A stretch of DNA of 64,000 nucleotides, from the NCBI RefSeq assembly GCF_022045235.1, contig NW_027266273.1, positions 12,586,001 through 12,650,000 of the forward strand. The letters are read 5' to 3'. The position numbers and the translations under genes are program-made. This document shows positions 13,220-64,000 of this stretch, piece after piece. The notes beneath the pieces are model-generated. The model saw nothing but the letters and a program-made list of their open reading frames with translations. It did not search any database and had not been told where the DNA came from. Every line of letters begins with the position of its first letter. Within the stretch, counting starts at the first letter, position 1. The stretch comes from Haliotis cracherodii (taxonomy: Eukaryota).

Positions 13220-14467
13220 TAGATGATTCAACAGGTTCCACAAATTTTGTTTAAAAAAAATAGTTTGGCATATCATGAGAACTATACGTATAGTCATTGC
13301 AGGGTATTGGTTTGTCTTGTATCGCTGTATGTACACCAAAACATGAAGATCCGAAACTTAACAGCCGACTCAAGGTTCAACAGTTTCATACGCATATCTC
13401 AAGTGTTAAATAATTTATCACTTAACATTCAGGGTAAGATTTCAACATATCTTAAACCATCATCTATCCCTGGGCAACAAAACCGTCCCTACTTACCTGA
13501 GCAGCACAATGTATTCATCACCCAGTCAAGCAGGTGCCCTGTTATGTAGGATGGCCAAAGGTAAAGGGTGCTAAACGGTCATACCTACCCTTGTTTGTTC
13601 TTGCTATGAGGGTGTGTGGACACTTGTAGGGTAGTAGTGTTGACTGTAATCACATTCACTTGGATAATCAGCTTGTTGGCATGTGATCCTTGATGTACAT
13701 ACTTGAAGCATAACTACTAAGTGCTGCTGGAAAGGCTTATGAGGACACTCACCTGTCTGGTGTTTACGCTCACTGTCATTTTCTGGGCTACTAGTTCCTA
13801 TTTGTAGGCTGAAATTGTGCCAACCCTCTCATTCAGACACCTCTTAGACACCTTCTACATGGTGTCCGTCTTATTTTAAGGTTTCTTATGTTTAGTTTTA
13901 AGCTTAAGATTGTGAGAGAACATTGACATTTCACTGCTGTGTGAATTTTTCACTTTTTGAAGTTTCATTAGAAGTGAACTTTAAGTCCACAACTTCGGGT
14001 CCTTGAGTGTGGGTGGCGCTCTGCCCATCTGGAAACTGATCAGGACTTGTGCAGACAAAGGTCTTTAAGACCTGCAGTTGCTGTTTAGTTAATGTATCTT
14101 TTGAGGGCTGACGGGTACTCGATCAGGGGAGATCATTCACATCTTCCCTTCTTTATCATCATGCTAGTTGCAGACATGGTAAACAAAAGGTACAATGTCT
14201 GAACACATTTTGACTTAAATGATGCTAAGAATAACAAACAAAATGTCTTGTGTTGCATATTTCTGCTGTATTTGGGTCCTTTTTCTTCTACCAACCAGAC
14301 CATGGAGCTGTTTTGTCAAAGCAGTTTTCTGGTGTTACAAGCATTACATTTATGTAAAGACAATTTGACTTTGGATAATAAATCTATTGTACTCATTCCT
14401 CAGGATGTGACAGTACCATTAAGTTGTGAAAGCGGAATTTGTGCCTTGAGGGTAGCACTGGTCATTA

Positions 14468-14735
14468 TGGCCCAGTCGTCTAAGGCGCGATACGCTGTGC
14501 AGAGTTGCGTCTCTTGGGCATGCCAGAAACCTATGATTGTGGGTTCGAATCCCGGTTCGCCCGGATTATGTTTCTAGGTTTGTCTGCACCATACCCGTGC
14601 TCGTGGGTTTCACCGAAGTGGTAAACGTCTGAGACCTGCATGACTTTGGGCTTTCCTCCCACATTAAGCTGACATGCTGTGATACAACTGGAATACTGTT
14701 AAAAGCGACGTTTAACCCAACTCACTAACTCACTC
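14468..14735 (+). mobile_element. SINE family B (first ~11 nt missing)
   Basis: Matches family; 3' flank duplicated at 20065-20148. Confidence 0.9.
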
Positions 14736-16943
14736 TTTGATATCTTGTACTAGTGAGCTGGCCTTGTATTCATTTGTCACTCTGGCTGGTCTACATCATA
14801 ATAAACCAGTTTTTGTTACATGATTAGACCACAAATCTTAACCTAAAATGATCCCTGTAGGTTGTTTTCAAGAACCTTATATGCATATAATGTAAACATG
14901 CAGCTTTGATAGCTTTATAATTAAGCACCCTGTCTTCCTGTAACAAATTGTAACATGGCTATGATATCCGAGGTAATTGAGGAGTAGGCCATAGGCAGCC
15001 ATGTTATGTCTGGTGTATGAAACCGAACACCGCCAGCTAATTCCTTCTGATAAAAGCAGTAAGAAATGTGAAACTTCTTCCACATGGTCCATATATGCAT
15101 TTTTCTTGGCCACAAGCTGATGAAGAATGTAATATAGTCAATATGTGGATAACATTAACCGCTTAGAAAGCACTACTGGGCTGATATTTGATCGGGTAGA
15201 AACGTACAGAAGCTTTTCCATGTTATTAAAAACCATTTTGTCCAAACCTTCCCTTGTGCAGGACACATGGGAATACTGTTGGTCCTGAAACACCCAAGCT
15301 TGTGTTAGAGATTCAGGAGGCCAAGAAATGTCACACTTCTGTTTGACATGGATTAGCCATGTTCGCAATGGTAGTTTGTGTACTCACTGACCTTGAACAT
15401 GCTTATTACTTTAAAAGGGCTTTAGACATCTTTATGATCATATGTGTTAAACTTACCACTCCCATCTGATGTTGTTTCGTCGCATAGATGTTTGGTATTA
15501 AATATATGGGAATTTGATGTGTTTGGTTAAGTTTAAATTATTGCTGATGCATTGTCGTTTTGATGAAATGGAAGGTGCATGCAGTGTAATGGTAACGTGA
15601 TGGTTAGGGTGAATAACTCTGTTAGTTCCAAAATAAAGTGGTCAGGGGGTGTAACTCTGTTAGATCATAAATATGTAAAAAATATTGTGCCCATAATAAA
15701 ATAAAACTGCACATATGACAGACTTCTTTTAGGTATTAAACAATTCTTCGGATGCTTATTCAGCAAATTGAGAAAGTGGTAATGATAAGATTTATATCTG
15801 CAGATACTCCTGTTAAGTTAGATCTACTAAACAAAATGGTGTACAAATTCAGTTTACTCACAATAAAATATGTCTGTATGACGAATCAGTTTTCTCAAGC
15901 AGTTTAACAACTTTTAGCATGCTTATTCAGCAAAATGAGAGAGGAATTTGCCCTGTATCCATTTCATTATACCCAGTTAAAACACTTCATTTACATTTGA
16001 ATGGGCATGCCACTTCATGATCAGTACACAGAATACAAATGTCTGGTGCCATCAGTTATCCTAGGTCTGTGTTGTTGCTGTAGACACAGTGCTGTATGTC
16101 TCAATATTTGCCTCATTTTAGCCCCTTCAGCATTTTAATGCCCAGGTTTCATAATATTACTTAACCAGCTCTTGAAGCAGAGAATTTGTCTTTGTACATA
16201 AATATTCAAGATGGCTGCCATCTTTTCATAAGTGTTAAGATATTCATGGATGGGACACTGTGGGTGAGTATGTCAGACACGGCTTTTAATTAATGCAAGT
16301 TTTTGACAAGGTCCTCCACTATGGACAACAAAGCCCGACATTCCGAGTGTTTAATGCTCGACTGCCTTTCTGATATAGGAGGCATAACCATTTCAACACC
16401 AATGCCAGTACTTGTACAGCATTGGCCTTATCATAGGCTTATTTGCTTAATATTTCTTAAGGAGACAAAAAATTTGTTCAAACAGAAATGGGCAACAATA
16501 GTTTAATTTCATGTGTGTTTGCTGATGTTTGCTTTGACGGTTGTGCAAATACAAGCATGTCAGCTTACAGTTAGAGCAGATATAATCAAGTTCTTTGATT
16601 GTCCTGAATAAAGTTGCCGGCATATATAGAGTAGTGCTGGAAGTGACATTGATATATTGAAATATCTACACTTGAACATGGTTTATACAGTCTGGGATAA
16701 CATATATGGGCTTGCAAATCACAAATGGAGTAAAATATATCCTGATATTTTAACAGAGAGTTAAAATCTAATTTACTATTGTAATTTATCACTTGGTATA
16801 TTTTTTCTAAAGGTGTGACACAATTTGTCAGGAAACTATTTGATGATTTCATCCAATCATATTTACAAATATGTTTGTATGCATTGTTGTGCTGAAACAC
16901 ATTTTAAGAAGGTTATTTTTTATGGTGATGTTGACGTAGTCTA

Positions 16944-17012
16944 ATTCATTATGCTTTTACCACCATACAGGTTAAAGATATTCATTATGCTTTTACCACC
17001 ATACAGGTTAAA
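16944..17012. repeat. 36-bp tandem duplication
   Basis: ATTCATTATGCTTTTACCACCATACAGGTTAAAG twice. Confidence 0.9.
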
Positions 17013-17445
17013 GCTATTTTTATTTTTTTTATGTTTTGATGTGATTTAGCTCATAGATTAGATAAGGTCCTATGGTATTTCCTTATTTTGACAAGATTGC
17101 ATAAAAATTGATGCAAGGACAAGATGAGTAAGTCATATTGGGCTTGAAAAAGTGGAAGGTCATGGAATAGATAGACTCTTGTCACTATCTCAAGAATGGT
17201 TTCTTAATGTAACTTATTTGTATTTTCATTATCTATTCAATCCCTTATTTTCCTTGTGTTGGAAACAATGGATAGGGCACCTAATTTTTATGGTTATAGA
17301 AGCATGAGTGCAGAAAAGGAAGGCCACTATTAGTCTGTACCAAGCTACACACATTTAGGCTACTGATGGTTACACACAGTCTCTCGCTGCTCCATGGTGA
17401 CACATAGTAGAATGTGGTCAAAAGAGGCAACTTAATTAAGTACCT

Positions 17446-17669
17446 TTGGAGACTCTGGGTTAGAAATTGTCCTGAGCAACCGATGATGGTTGTAAGAGGT
17501 GACTTATGGATCGGGTGGTCAGGCTCCCTAACTTGGTTGAGGCGTGTCAATGTACGCTGAAGGTGTGGATTGTCAGTCGTAATATCGATCTAGACTCTTA
17601 TTACAGGCTGTCATCACATAGCTGGAATATTGCTGAGTGCCGTGTTAAATGACAAATACACACACACAC
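17446..17669 (+). mobile_element. Retroposon family D, diverged
   Basis: GGGTTAGAA...GTAAGAGGTGACT...GGGTGGTCAGGCTC...GCTGGAATATTGCTGAGTG. Confidence 0.75.
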
Positions 17670-19782
17670 ATTCTTTTGCTGATTCTCAGACAAGTCACTC
17701 ATTATACAGACAGTACACAAATACATGAAAATATGTTTGTTTCTACTTAATACTGAATGGAAAACTTCAAGTCATGCAATAAATTTACTACTAGTATGGT
17801 TTCTTCGTCATTGATGACCCATAGAACGCCCACATATGAGAAGTCAACAGCCTTGAGCCCACATGTTAACAAGTCTAAATTGAACACCAGTGGATGCATG
17901 GGTAAGTTCTTCAAAGGTCATAAAGAGCCTTCTGATACTGAGAGAGGCATCAGGTTAACAAGAGTGTTACAGAACTTACCTATCATGTGCAGAACGCTAA
18001 TTAAGTGTGCTATGCATCAAACAGATTTGAAGTGCCTTTTCAGGTTCAGACAAGTGTGAGGCTTTGCGAGGTATGAATTATGTTAATTAGGATACAAGAT
18101 GGCTCAACGAGAAAGGCGCAATTGAAATATTATTCCTCAAGAGATTATTCAGGGTTTGTGAAGGCTTGAATTTAGAGGGTTGTCTAACAATAACTTTTCT
18201 GTAATATGCTGACTTTGGCACTAAACAACAGTCTTACACATTTAAAATTGTTAAAGTCATCAATACAACTTTACACAAGTTCTATCGTCATTTCTGTGTT
18301 ACAAGAGAAGTAACCAATTCAAACAAAATGGAAGTGACTTTCAAGATCGAGCGCTCATGAACCTTTATTAAAGTCACAGCAATGACACCAGGTGTTTGCA
18401 GATGTGTAAGCAAGTCCTGTATCTGCAGCTCCGCCATAAGGGTTGTTCATATTTTACAAGTTATACTTACTGAGATGGGACAGCATTTGTCACAGCTGTT
18501 AACAAGGCACTTCACTTCACCTGTTCTTTACACCATCTATATATACTGAAAAAGCTGCATGTGGTTCTGGTGTGCTGACAGTTAAGATGGAGAATTGTGC
18601 GACAAGCTCTGGCTTGGAGGAAGATCATATTATCATATTAGCATAGATTTCACAGTTTGAGCACACTGGTAGTCACAGATATATTGCGCAGATGACCCTA
18701 TGACTCCATGTTGAGTAAGCTTGTTGAGTCACGAGGCAGTGTTATAATGGCTTGGTTATTTCAGAGCGACTTTTAAAGTGTTTTTGATGGTTTATACGCT
18801 TCTAATGTCAGGCAGCAGCCTGGAGTGTGGTTATTCAACACAGGCATTTAAAGTGCTAGAGCATCAAGTACTGTCCCTGATAAGTGGGTGGCAAAGGCCG
18901 GTTTACAAACAGTTTGGGAAAAGGAACTGAAGGAATGGCCTTCCATAAGTGGCAGTTTGGGAAAAAGACGGCTTAAATGTATAATTTCACAACCTAGTTT
19001 CTTTGTTGTTGGATGGAACCTTAATGCTACATTAAATTGAGCGCCAAGTTGTGATTGACAAATTTGTCTACCTTTCTTGTTGCAGTTGATTGAAATATTC
19101 TTTCTTTTCTTATAAAGACTGGTTGGTGTCAGAAATTACATCACAGACATATTGTTCATTCAACAGAAAATTGCAAATCATTTTTTCTCACATGTGTCTT
19201 CATCACTTATTTTTTACATCTGTCTGTAATATTCTGGCAATGTCTGCTCTTTCATTTTCTTGAAGCTTGAAGCTGTGAAGGTAAAAAAGATAAGGACAGT
19301 GACATTGTATATATTCTGTCAGGCAATCAGACCACCTCGATGTTAAAACTACTTGTCCTTATAATATTTATTGGCACTTTTGTAGTGTGCTTGTATAATT
19401 GTCAAACCCAGGGGTAAAATATAAGTGCATATCTATATATACGGATGGTTTTATTGATGATGAAGCCAAGAAGTTAATATTGAATTTCATTCTTGGGTTG
19501 TATATGATGATTTATTACCCATGTTTCTTTATGAGACGACATTGATGCATGTAGTTGTAATGAGGACCCAACATTAAGGAGACAGTCTGCTCAAGTAGGG
19601 AATAAACAGGTTGCCCAGGTTGATATGATGTAGGAGATGTCTGGGGCCACACTCCTGTGAACAGACATGCTGACATTGCCCTACTTACATGCCTCTCTCA
19701 AAGTGGCAATTATCTAGTGTAAAGCAGGGTTATAGTTACACAAGAATCTGATGGATATGTCGACACATATGGTATCTGCAGA

Positions 19783-20160
19783 GGGGGCACGAGTGGCCCA
19801 GTCGTCTAAGGCGTCGCGATTCGCTGTGCAGAGTTGTGTCCCTTGGGCACGCCAGAAACCTATGATTGTGGGTTCGAGTCCCGGCTCGCCCCGATTATGT
19901 TTCTAGGTTTGTCTGCACCATACCTGTACTCCTGGATTTCACCGAAGTGGTAAACGTCTGAGACCTGCATCACTTTGGGCTTTCCTCCCACATTAAGCTG
20001 ACACGCTGTGATATAACTGGAATACTGTTAAAAGCGACGTTTAACCCAACTCACTAACTCACTCTTTGATCTCTTGTACTAGTGACCTGGCCTTGTATTC
20101 ATTTGTCACTCTGGCTGGTCTACATCATAATAAACCAGTTTTTGTTACTCACTCACTCAC
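19783..20160 (+). mobile_element. SINE family B with 84-bp 3' extension and second tail
   Basis: TSD TGGTATCTG(C/T)AG encloses SINE + extra flank + (ACTC)n. Confidence 0.88.
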
Positions 20161-20769
20161 AGACTGGTATCTGTAGTTGACTTTGAATAAATAGATTAGA
20201 TTGAGATTTATAACTCCATTCTATTTTATTTCTTGGTTCGATCTGATTTCCCAGGAAAGATGAGAATCTTGGTGTGCCTTTGGTATTGCTGGAACATTAT
20301 TAAAAGCGGTTCTTGTACATCTCACTCATAGGCTTTTTCACAAGGCAATCCTATCGCTATGAGTATGGTTACTCCAATGTGAGCAAAAACTAATTGTCAA
20401 AGCACTGAAATCATTGTTTAGTTTACCCATGTCTATAACTCTCATGTTTGAATGGATCAGACAGCTGAAGTCAATGACTAATGAAGACCATTCACTAGTT
20501 TAGTTCTGTGTCAGACTTGCTGATACTGTGGTCTTTGTCTTCTCCTGAAAAGTACCCTTTTGTGATATGTTGGAAGAAACCCTGTATACTCATGGGCAGA
20601 AACTATTTGTATATCCAGTGTGTATGACAGATAGTTCTTTTTCAGGGGAGTGACACTCAAGATACTACCTTATGACATTGACAATTTCATAAAAATGATC
20701 CCTATAATTTTTTGTTGAGTAAGATAGATAGATATTGATAGATGCTGGACATTTTTTGCTGAACATATA

Positions 20770-20878
20770 TATGCTGAACAAAAAGTGTTAATGACCATCC
20801 TGAGTATTTTGGGGGATATTTTTATGAATTTGTGTGTTCAATAAAATATTATGAGCCATAACCTTTTTGTTCAGTATA
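20770..20878. mobile_element. Short Tc1-like MITE (similar copies near 2860-2985 and 49815-49940)
   Basis: TATGCTGAACAAAAAG...CTTTTTGTTCAGTATA inverted ends. Confidence 0.55.
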
Positions 20879-20961
20879 AGTTAAGGTAGCAATAAGCATG
20901 CTTCTACAAATGTTTCTGTTTCTGAATTACTTAGTACTTACAGTCCATGTCTTTCTTTCAG

Positions 20962-58309
<37,348 letters not shown>

Positions 58310-59344
58310 TAAAAAGGCCAGCAAGTCAGCTGCATTGCAGTATGTTCGCACACTTACGTCACGTGGGAATGAGAGGCAAGGGAGATAATTGGACAAGAGT
58401 TATGTCCCCTTGCTCACCAGGACAAAGATGCACACTACATCTGTGATATGATGTGTTACATTGGTTGGTAATTTATTCCAGGATGGTGTCAAAGATAGCT
58501 GCCTTCTTATTGGACAGTAGCACTGAGGTTAAAGGTCAAGTTAGGTGTTTCACATCGCAGTGAACCACAAATGCGACAAAAGAGAACAGACTTTGTTTTC
58601 TACTTCACCCCAAGTGCCCATAGCTCTCATCAGAAAACATGAATATTTTCTGTCTGTATATAAACTGTATTGACGGCATTTGTAGAAGCCACTGTGTATC
58701 TCTTGTGGAAGGCAGATGCTATATGGTAGCCACATATTGACAAATGGTTACATCTCCATATGAAGCAAGCATAGTCCTCAGAAATTAAGAACCTTGTTTA
58801 ATCTAATATTTCAAGTATAGAATTTGCATAAAACAACCTATCAGCAATTGCTTCACTCTGAAGGATTCTACTTCCTATTTTACATGGTCAGTAATACAAT
58901 GCATGGTGCTCAGTACTTTTTCAATGCCAAACCACATCAGCTGTAGGCCAGATGATTATAAACACTTCCTCCCTCTATGACTTTATTGTGCATGAATGTA
59001 TGTGAATATCAGTTTTTTTTATCACCATGTGTGTCAATGGTTTATCTCATTGTTTGTATGATAAACCTTTTGTTTTTCAAGTCTTGAAGTTTTTGCAGTA
59101 AACACGTAAAAGGTCATACATGTAGTAAGGAACCATTTGGGGATTTCTGTAATGACTTGAAATATACCCGAAAAAATAATTAATGTGGAATGGATTTCTT
59201 TGGTTGAGGATTTGAGTGAGCACAGAGGTATGTCAAATTAGTGGTTGCGATATGTACAACAATGTATTCCTTTCAACATAGAGCTTTGTTAACACATTGT
59301 GTCAGGTAATCTGTGTAAGACTTGTATGTTTGGTTAGTTGAACT

Positions 59345-59354
59345 AATAAATAAA
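59345..59354 (+). terminator. Candidate proximal poly(A) signal (overlapping AATAAATAAA)
   Basis: About 1 kb after the stop, followed by T/GT-rich sequence. Confidence 0.4.
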
Positions 59355-59950
59355 CTGTTATTATTATATATATATGTATGTGTATATGCCTAGATCATGT
59401 TGAAAAATAGAGATCTCATGAAGTTCATGTCGTGACTTTCACTTGAGTGGCCTCCATTTACAGACATTTGACCCTGTCCATGTAGAATGACCTTGACCAT
59501 CATATCTTTGAAATTAAAATCGCATCTCTTTAATGTGATAATTACCACGCACATTCAAATCAATCTTTTATGCAAGTTCATATAATCGGCTGTCAAGTAT
59601 TTATGCATTGCTGCAGTTGTGTGTTCATATAGAAACCTCCCCAAAGCAAACCAGAATGAATATATGTATATGTAGATACATATATACATGTATGTACTCA
59701 TCGTTTGTTGTCTTTTTGGGGGAATTTGATGTTTCTATTAAGATTTTTAACCCTTACAAAATTGTCAGTGCCAAAGCAGATCAGTCCTTGTTAAGAAAAT
59801 GTAATCTTCAAAATTTGCTGGAATTTCAGGAGAGCAAAGGTATTATTAGTTCTTTAGCGAGTAGTTAATGAAATACTGCATCATTTGGTACAGGGTTCAG
59901 CATTTACAGTATACAATCTTTTACCATTAGACTCTAGAAATATGCATGTG

Positions 59951-60140
59951 TTTTTAGGTCGTTTGGGCCAAAGTTCCAAACGACCTTATGTCACGGTGCA
60001 TTGTCTGTCGTCCGTCCATCCAACTTTTACCTTTTTGACAACTTCTCTGAAGCTGAAACTTTTATCTTACAAGGTCATAAGAAGTGCTCATAGAAATCCA
60101 ATTTGACATTTTAGATATGGCTGCCATGGTGGCCAAATGT
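59951..60140 (+). mobile_element. Possible Helentron-type non-autonomous remnant in the 3' UTR region
   Basis: T-run, then palindrome AGGTCGTTTGG...CCAAACGACCT, then (GTCC)n-like tract. Confidence 0.45.
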
Positions 60141-62090
60141 GTCAGTGTGTTCATTATTGCCAAAATGTGAGTCCTCTGAAGTGTGAGACTGTAAACTAAT
60201 TTACATTATGCAATTACATCAACTTTGAACCATTGAAATGATAAACAAGTATTGATTAACCCATCAATTGTGTTGATCAAAAGTGCTCACAGTTAAAATG
60301 TGATTTAAGCATGAATGTCACTTTGACACTTTACAAAGTTTATTTTCTTTCCATATTTTGGACACCAATTTGGTGCATTGTTAATTAATCATGTATTTAT
60401 GGATGGAAGTGTTTTAAAACGTTTATTACAAATTTATAGATGCAATTTAGATTTTTTGTAAGTAAACAAATACCCTGTATGTGAGCTACAGTGCCTGAAG
60501 GCTCTGTTACTATGCTAGGCTGTTTGTTTCATGAAGATAGACTGGATTCAACACCTTCATCATTCAGTTTATTGGTACATTAAAGAAGCATTCTTTATAC
60601 TCTTGTAACACTTATGAAACACGCTGTTTTCACTACTTGGCAGCAGATGGGTCAACTTTCCGAACATTACTACATAATACAGCTACCAAGCAGAAGAAAT
60701 GGTTGTTTCTTTGTGTGCAGTATTTTTGTACATGATCATGCCATATTGATGAAGTAAATGTCACTAAATCTGAAACCATCTGAAGATTTATCCAACACAG
60801 CTGAAGAGCAATCATCCCACTCTCAATGCCTTTTGAATATTTAAAAATGTTGTTTTGGTATTTTAAGATCACATCAATATGGCATTTTGAAGGGATTGTT
60901 TCCTTGACAAAGTAATTGCCATTACGCACCTCCTCTCTCATGAAGTTCATATAGATTATATTGACTATGTACATGTAGATATTTTGTACATATGTGACAT
61001 AACCCTATAATTGTTTTAGAGTGCTACACATAAATTGTCATGAGATGGAATTGAAGATGAATTTTAACCCATGAAAGTTTAGATGTGATTGATGCTATGT
61101 CTTCAGCAGGAATGCCATGGTTTTCTTAACTGTTTTTGTCAACAGGGAAACAATTATTGAGCCAGAGAGTACAAAGTGATATGTATTAACAAAACTATAG
61201 TAAGAGGATTGTCTACATTGTGCTTGGGTTACCTTGGGTGAGTTTATGTGTAGTTCAGTCTCCAAAGCTTTTTTTGTAGTAAAGAATAAATATTTGAACA
61301 GGTTTGCGAAATTCATTGTGTTCGAAAGCATGGATTAAATACAGATGAGAATTGTGAAGCGCAGTGTTCAATATTGTGTATATTTGCATCATTATGATTG
61401 GTCTGTTAATGAAGGGAGCTTCAATTTGATTGGATGGCGACTTATACTTAAAATACAGTCATCTTACTGTCTGTCATTTCTCTGATCAAAAGCTTGTAAA
61501 AATTTGTTTTCACGTTAATGTCATTAAAATCTATTGCTCTTTTAAAACTGACTTGGTTCTCTACTATCAAATCAAAGTTGCTGCATGCTTCTTAAGGTTG
61601 ATCCTACAGTGTGACTGCAAGACTGTTTACAGTTCCACTGACATGCTACCCATTTTCATATGTACAAGATGGTACAGATGCAGTCAGTATAAAGGACAAA
61701 CAGTTGAGAGATGAAACACTTCAATGTTGTTATTTCATAGCTTACCGGTAGGGCAGCAATACCTGGTGTAATCGCTGGTTTTTAGTGATTCGTTCATATA
61801 ATTCTCTCTTCTATTTTGTGTTTTACGCTCAATGACGTTTTACATTTACACTGGAGGAAACAAAATGTTTGCTGGACGAGTTAAGGACTTGTTTGTTTGG
61901 GATGTTACAAGTAATATGTACAATATTCAGCTTCAAAATTACCTCTCTGGCCCAAACATTCTTTCTAACTAGGCACCATGAGACACAATACTGGGCACAT
62001 ACTAAAACCTTTAGCTGAAACAAGCATTTTCGGAGTGAAAAACTTCAATAATGGTTATACCATGTGTGCATGTAAGGTACATTATTCAAT

Positions 62091-62096
62091 AATAAA
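62091..62096 (+). terminator. Candidate distal poly(A) signal
   Basis: AATAAA followed by GT-rich sequence; SINEs resume only after it (62146). Confidence 0.45.
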
Positions 62097-62145
62097 GGGT
62101 GTCTATTATGTCTGAGGCTATGGTATGTTCATTGAAGGACCCACT

Positions 62146-62296
62146 GGGGCAGTCACGTAGTCTAGTGGTTAAAGCGTTCGCTCGTCACATCGAAGACCTG
62201 GGTTCGAATCCCGACATGGGTACAATGTGTGAAGCCCATTTCTGGTGTTCCCTGCCAAGATATTGCTAAAAGCGGCGTACAACCATTGTCACTCAC
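62146..62296 (+). mobile_element. SINE family A, full length
   Basis: B box GGTTCGAATCC; TSD TGAAGGACC(C/A)ACT. Confidence 0.9.
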
Positions 62297-64000
62297 TGAA
62301 GGACCAACTCAAAAGTAAAATGTAAGCATTAAATTTTGACAAGAACCATTTTACATTTATCCAATAGAACAAAGAAGGAAAGTTGTTGACATTACTGTCA
62401 ATTCCCCCCAAAGCTTGAATTTAGTTTACGTCAAGACCAATATTGCTCAGCAGACGAAAATACTATGCATTTAATGGAACATGATCTGATACCTTGAAGT
62501 CTGTTGACAACCAAGCTTTTGATAAGTATTTTAGATGACAAATCAATAACTAATAGACTCAAATCTATTGCTTCTGCATGTTTCTCTGATTTAGATTTTC
62601 TTCTAGCATGAAGCATGTCCGGTTTTGTTGTGAATGTTGGTTGTTTCTGTGTTACCAGAAAGCCCTTATCTCCACTTGTATCTTATTGTACATACCTAAC
62701 AGACATACGTTTAGCTAGGGCTTTTTGTATAGGGTTCAACTTCGCTGCATTTTAGCAGAGATATTGTCATCAGATAGTTAATGCTTACAACAGATTTGCA
62801 TGTTAATAATTTATATTGCATCAGATGTTTCTGAAGAACAGTTTGTAACTGTATGTAATTTTAACAGTTTTTTATGGGATAAAGATTAACTATCTCTAAA
62901 TATGAAGGTAGGCAAGGTCACTGGAATAATCATTGGAAAATAGTGGTGAGACGGATAGGTATGTTTTTATCACTATCTTCAAGATGGTCTGCTTGGGCTA
63001 AAATCAGTATCAATGTTAAAATACCGAAAGCCACAAGCAACTTATTAGTACTAGATTGCCAGTGTGTGCAGACACATGGCAAGTTTCTTTTGTAATATTT
63101 GTTGATAAAGATACCCTTCTAGTGCAACTAAAATAGTCAATGTAATACGATTTCTTGCTTAGTCGTTTTCATGGATCATTTTCAGAAGATCATTAATCAA
63201 ACTTGGTAATCTGAAATATTTCATTTTTGAATTGAGTCAGTGATTCTGTTAGTTGTGGCCTAGCTTATTACTGAAACATGTGGGTTGTACACTTTTGCAG
63301 TAAGATGATGATAGCTTTGGTTTTGCTGCACTGCAAGGTTTATTTTTTTGTTTGTACAATATAATTCTTTCCGTCTCTAAGATATTGAACTTGTTCTTTT
63401 GGGACTGAAGCCACTGTGATTTCAGACTAATAAAACTAATTCTCTAATGATTTTGTGATTATGTCATATGTAATATAAAAGGTAGATTGTGCCGGCATCT
63501 TTTAATATTTGTTTGAAACATTTATGATAACCTATCCTATAAGTAATCACAAATTGAATTTTTAGATACTGTTTGTGCATGGGAACAATATTGTGTTGAA
63601 CAACAGCATACAAAAGCCAGAACAAACATTATTGTGTATGGAGTCTGTGTAACACAATGTAACAATCGTATTGAAGCTCACTTGATTTGGCTATTCATAT
63701 ATATATATATATATTTATATATATATGCATGTTGTTTACTTTACAATTTTAAGCATGCCCTAAAATGACCTATGGATTTTTTTCTGTTTCTATGAACATT
63801 ACAGAAGGGAGATATTCTGAATGTTGCATGTTCTTTCCTTGGTACTGAATGTGAGGGATCTAGAATTCTTGAATGGAGAATGGTCAGAGCAGTGAGATCT
63901 TAAGCAACAACAGTTTGTAAGAAATGGTACAAGCCATCTGGTTTTATATGCATGAGATATGATCCTTCCTGCATTAACATCCAAAGTTCTTTGCATGAAG

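Overview
Eukaryotic, AT-rich genomic DNA. The SINE repertoire with (ACTC)n tails suggests a mollusc, possibly abalone-like; that is inference, not proof. The window holds most of one + strand multiplexin gene (collagen XV/XVIII family). I can splice 25 GT-AG exons from 20962 to the TGA at 58307-58309 with matching phases (about 1277 codons). They encode a TSPN/LamG domain, an interrupted Gly-X-Y region with Ser-Gly glycosaminoglycan sites, the NC1 trimerization domain, a hinge and endostatin. I did not find the signal-peptide exon; 1-20961 looks intronic. The hinge region (47.3-54.6 kb) carries extra phase-0 candidate cassette exons: an S/T/P-rich exon, an Arg/Asn-rich exon with an E/R/K helix and furin site, and two possible endostatin-less C-termini, one of them transmembrane-like. 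Introns contain four retroposon families (my labels A-D) and several nested MITEs. Most notable non-coding signals: a headless retroposon (family D) whose fixed 5' end is a covarying pseudoknot, a SINE 3' transduction whose apparent source lies 5.3 kb away, a templated insertion inside a SINE, an inverted MITE pair around 14 exons, and a strong sense-strand bias of SINEs. No prokaryotic systems, CRISPR arrays or true tRNA/rRNA genes were seen. All calls were made by eye, with no database searches.
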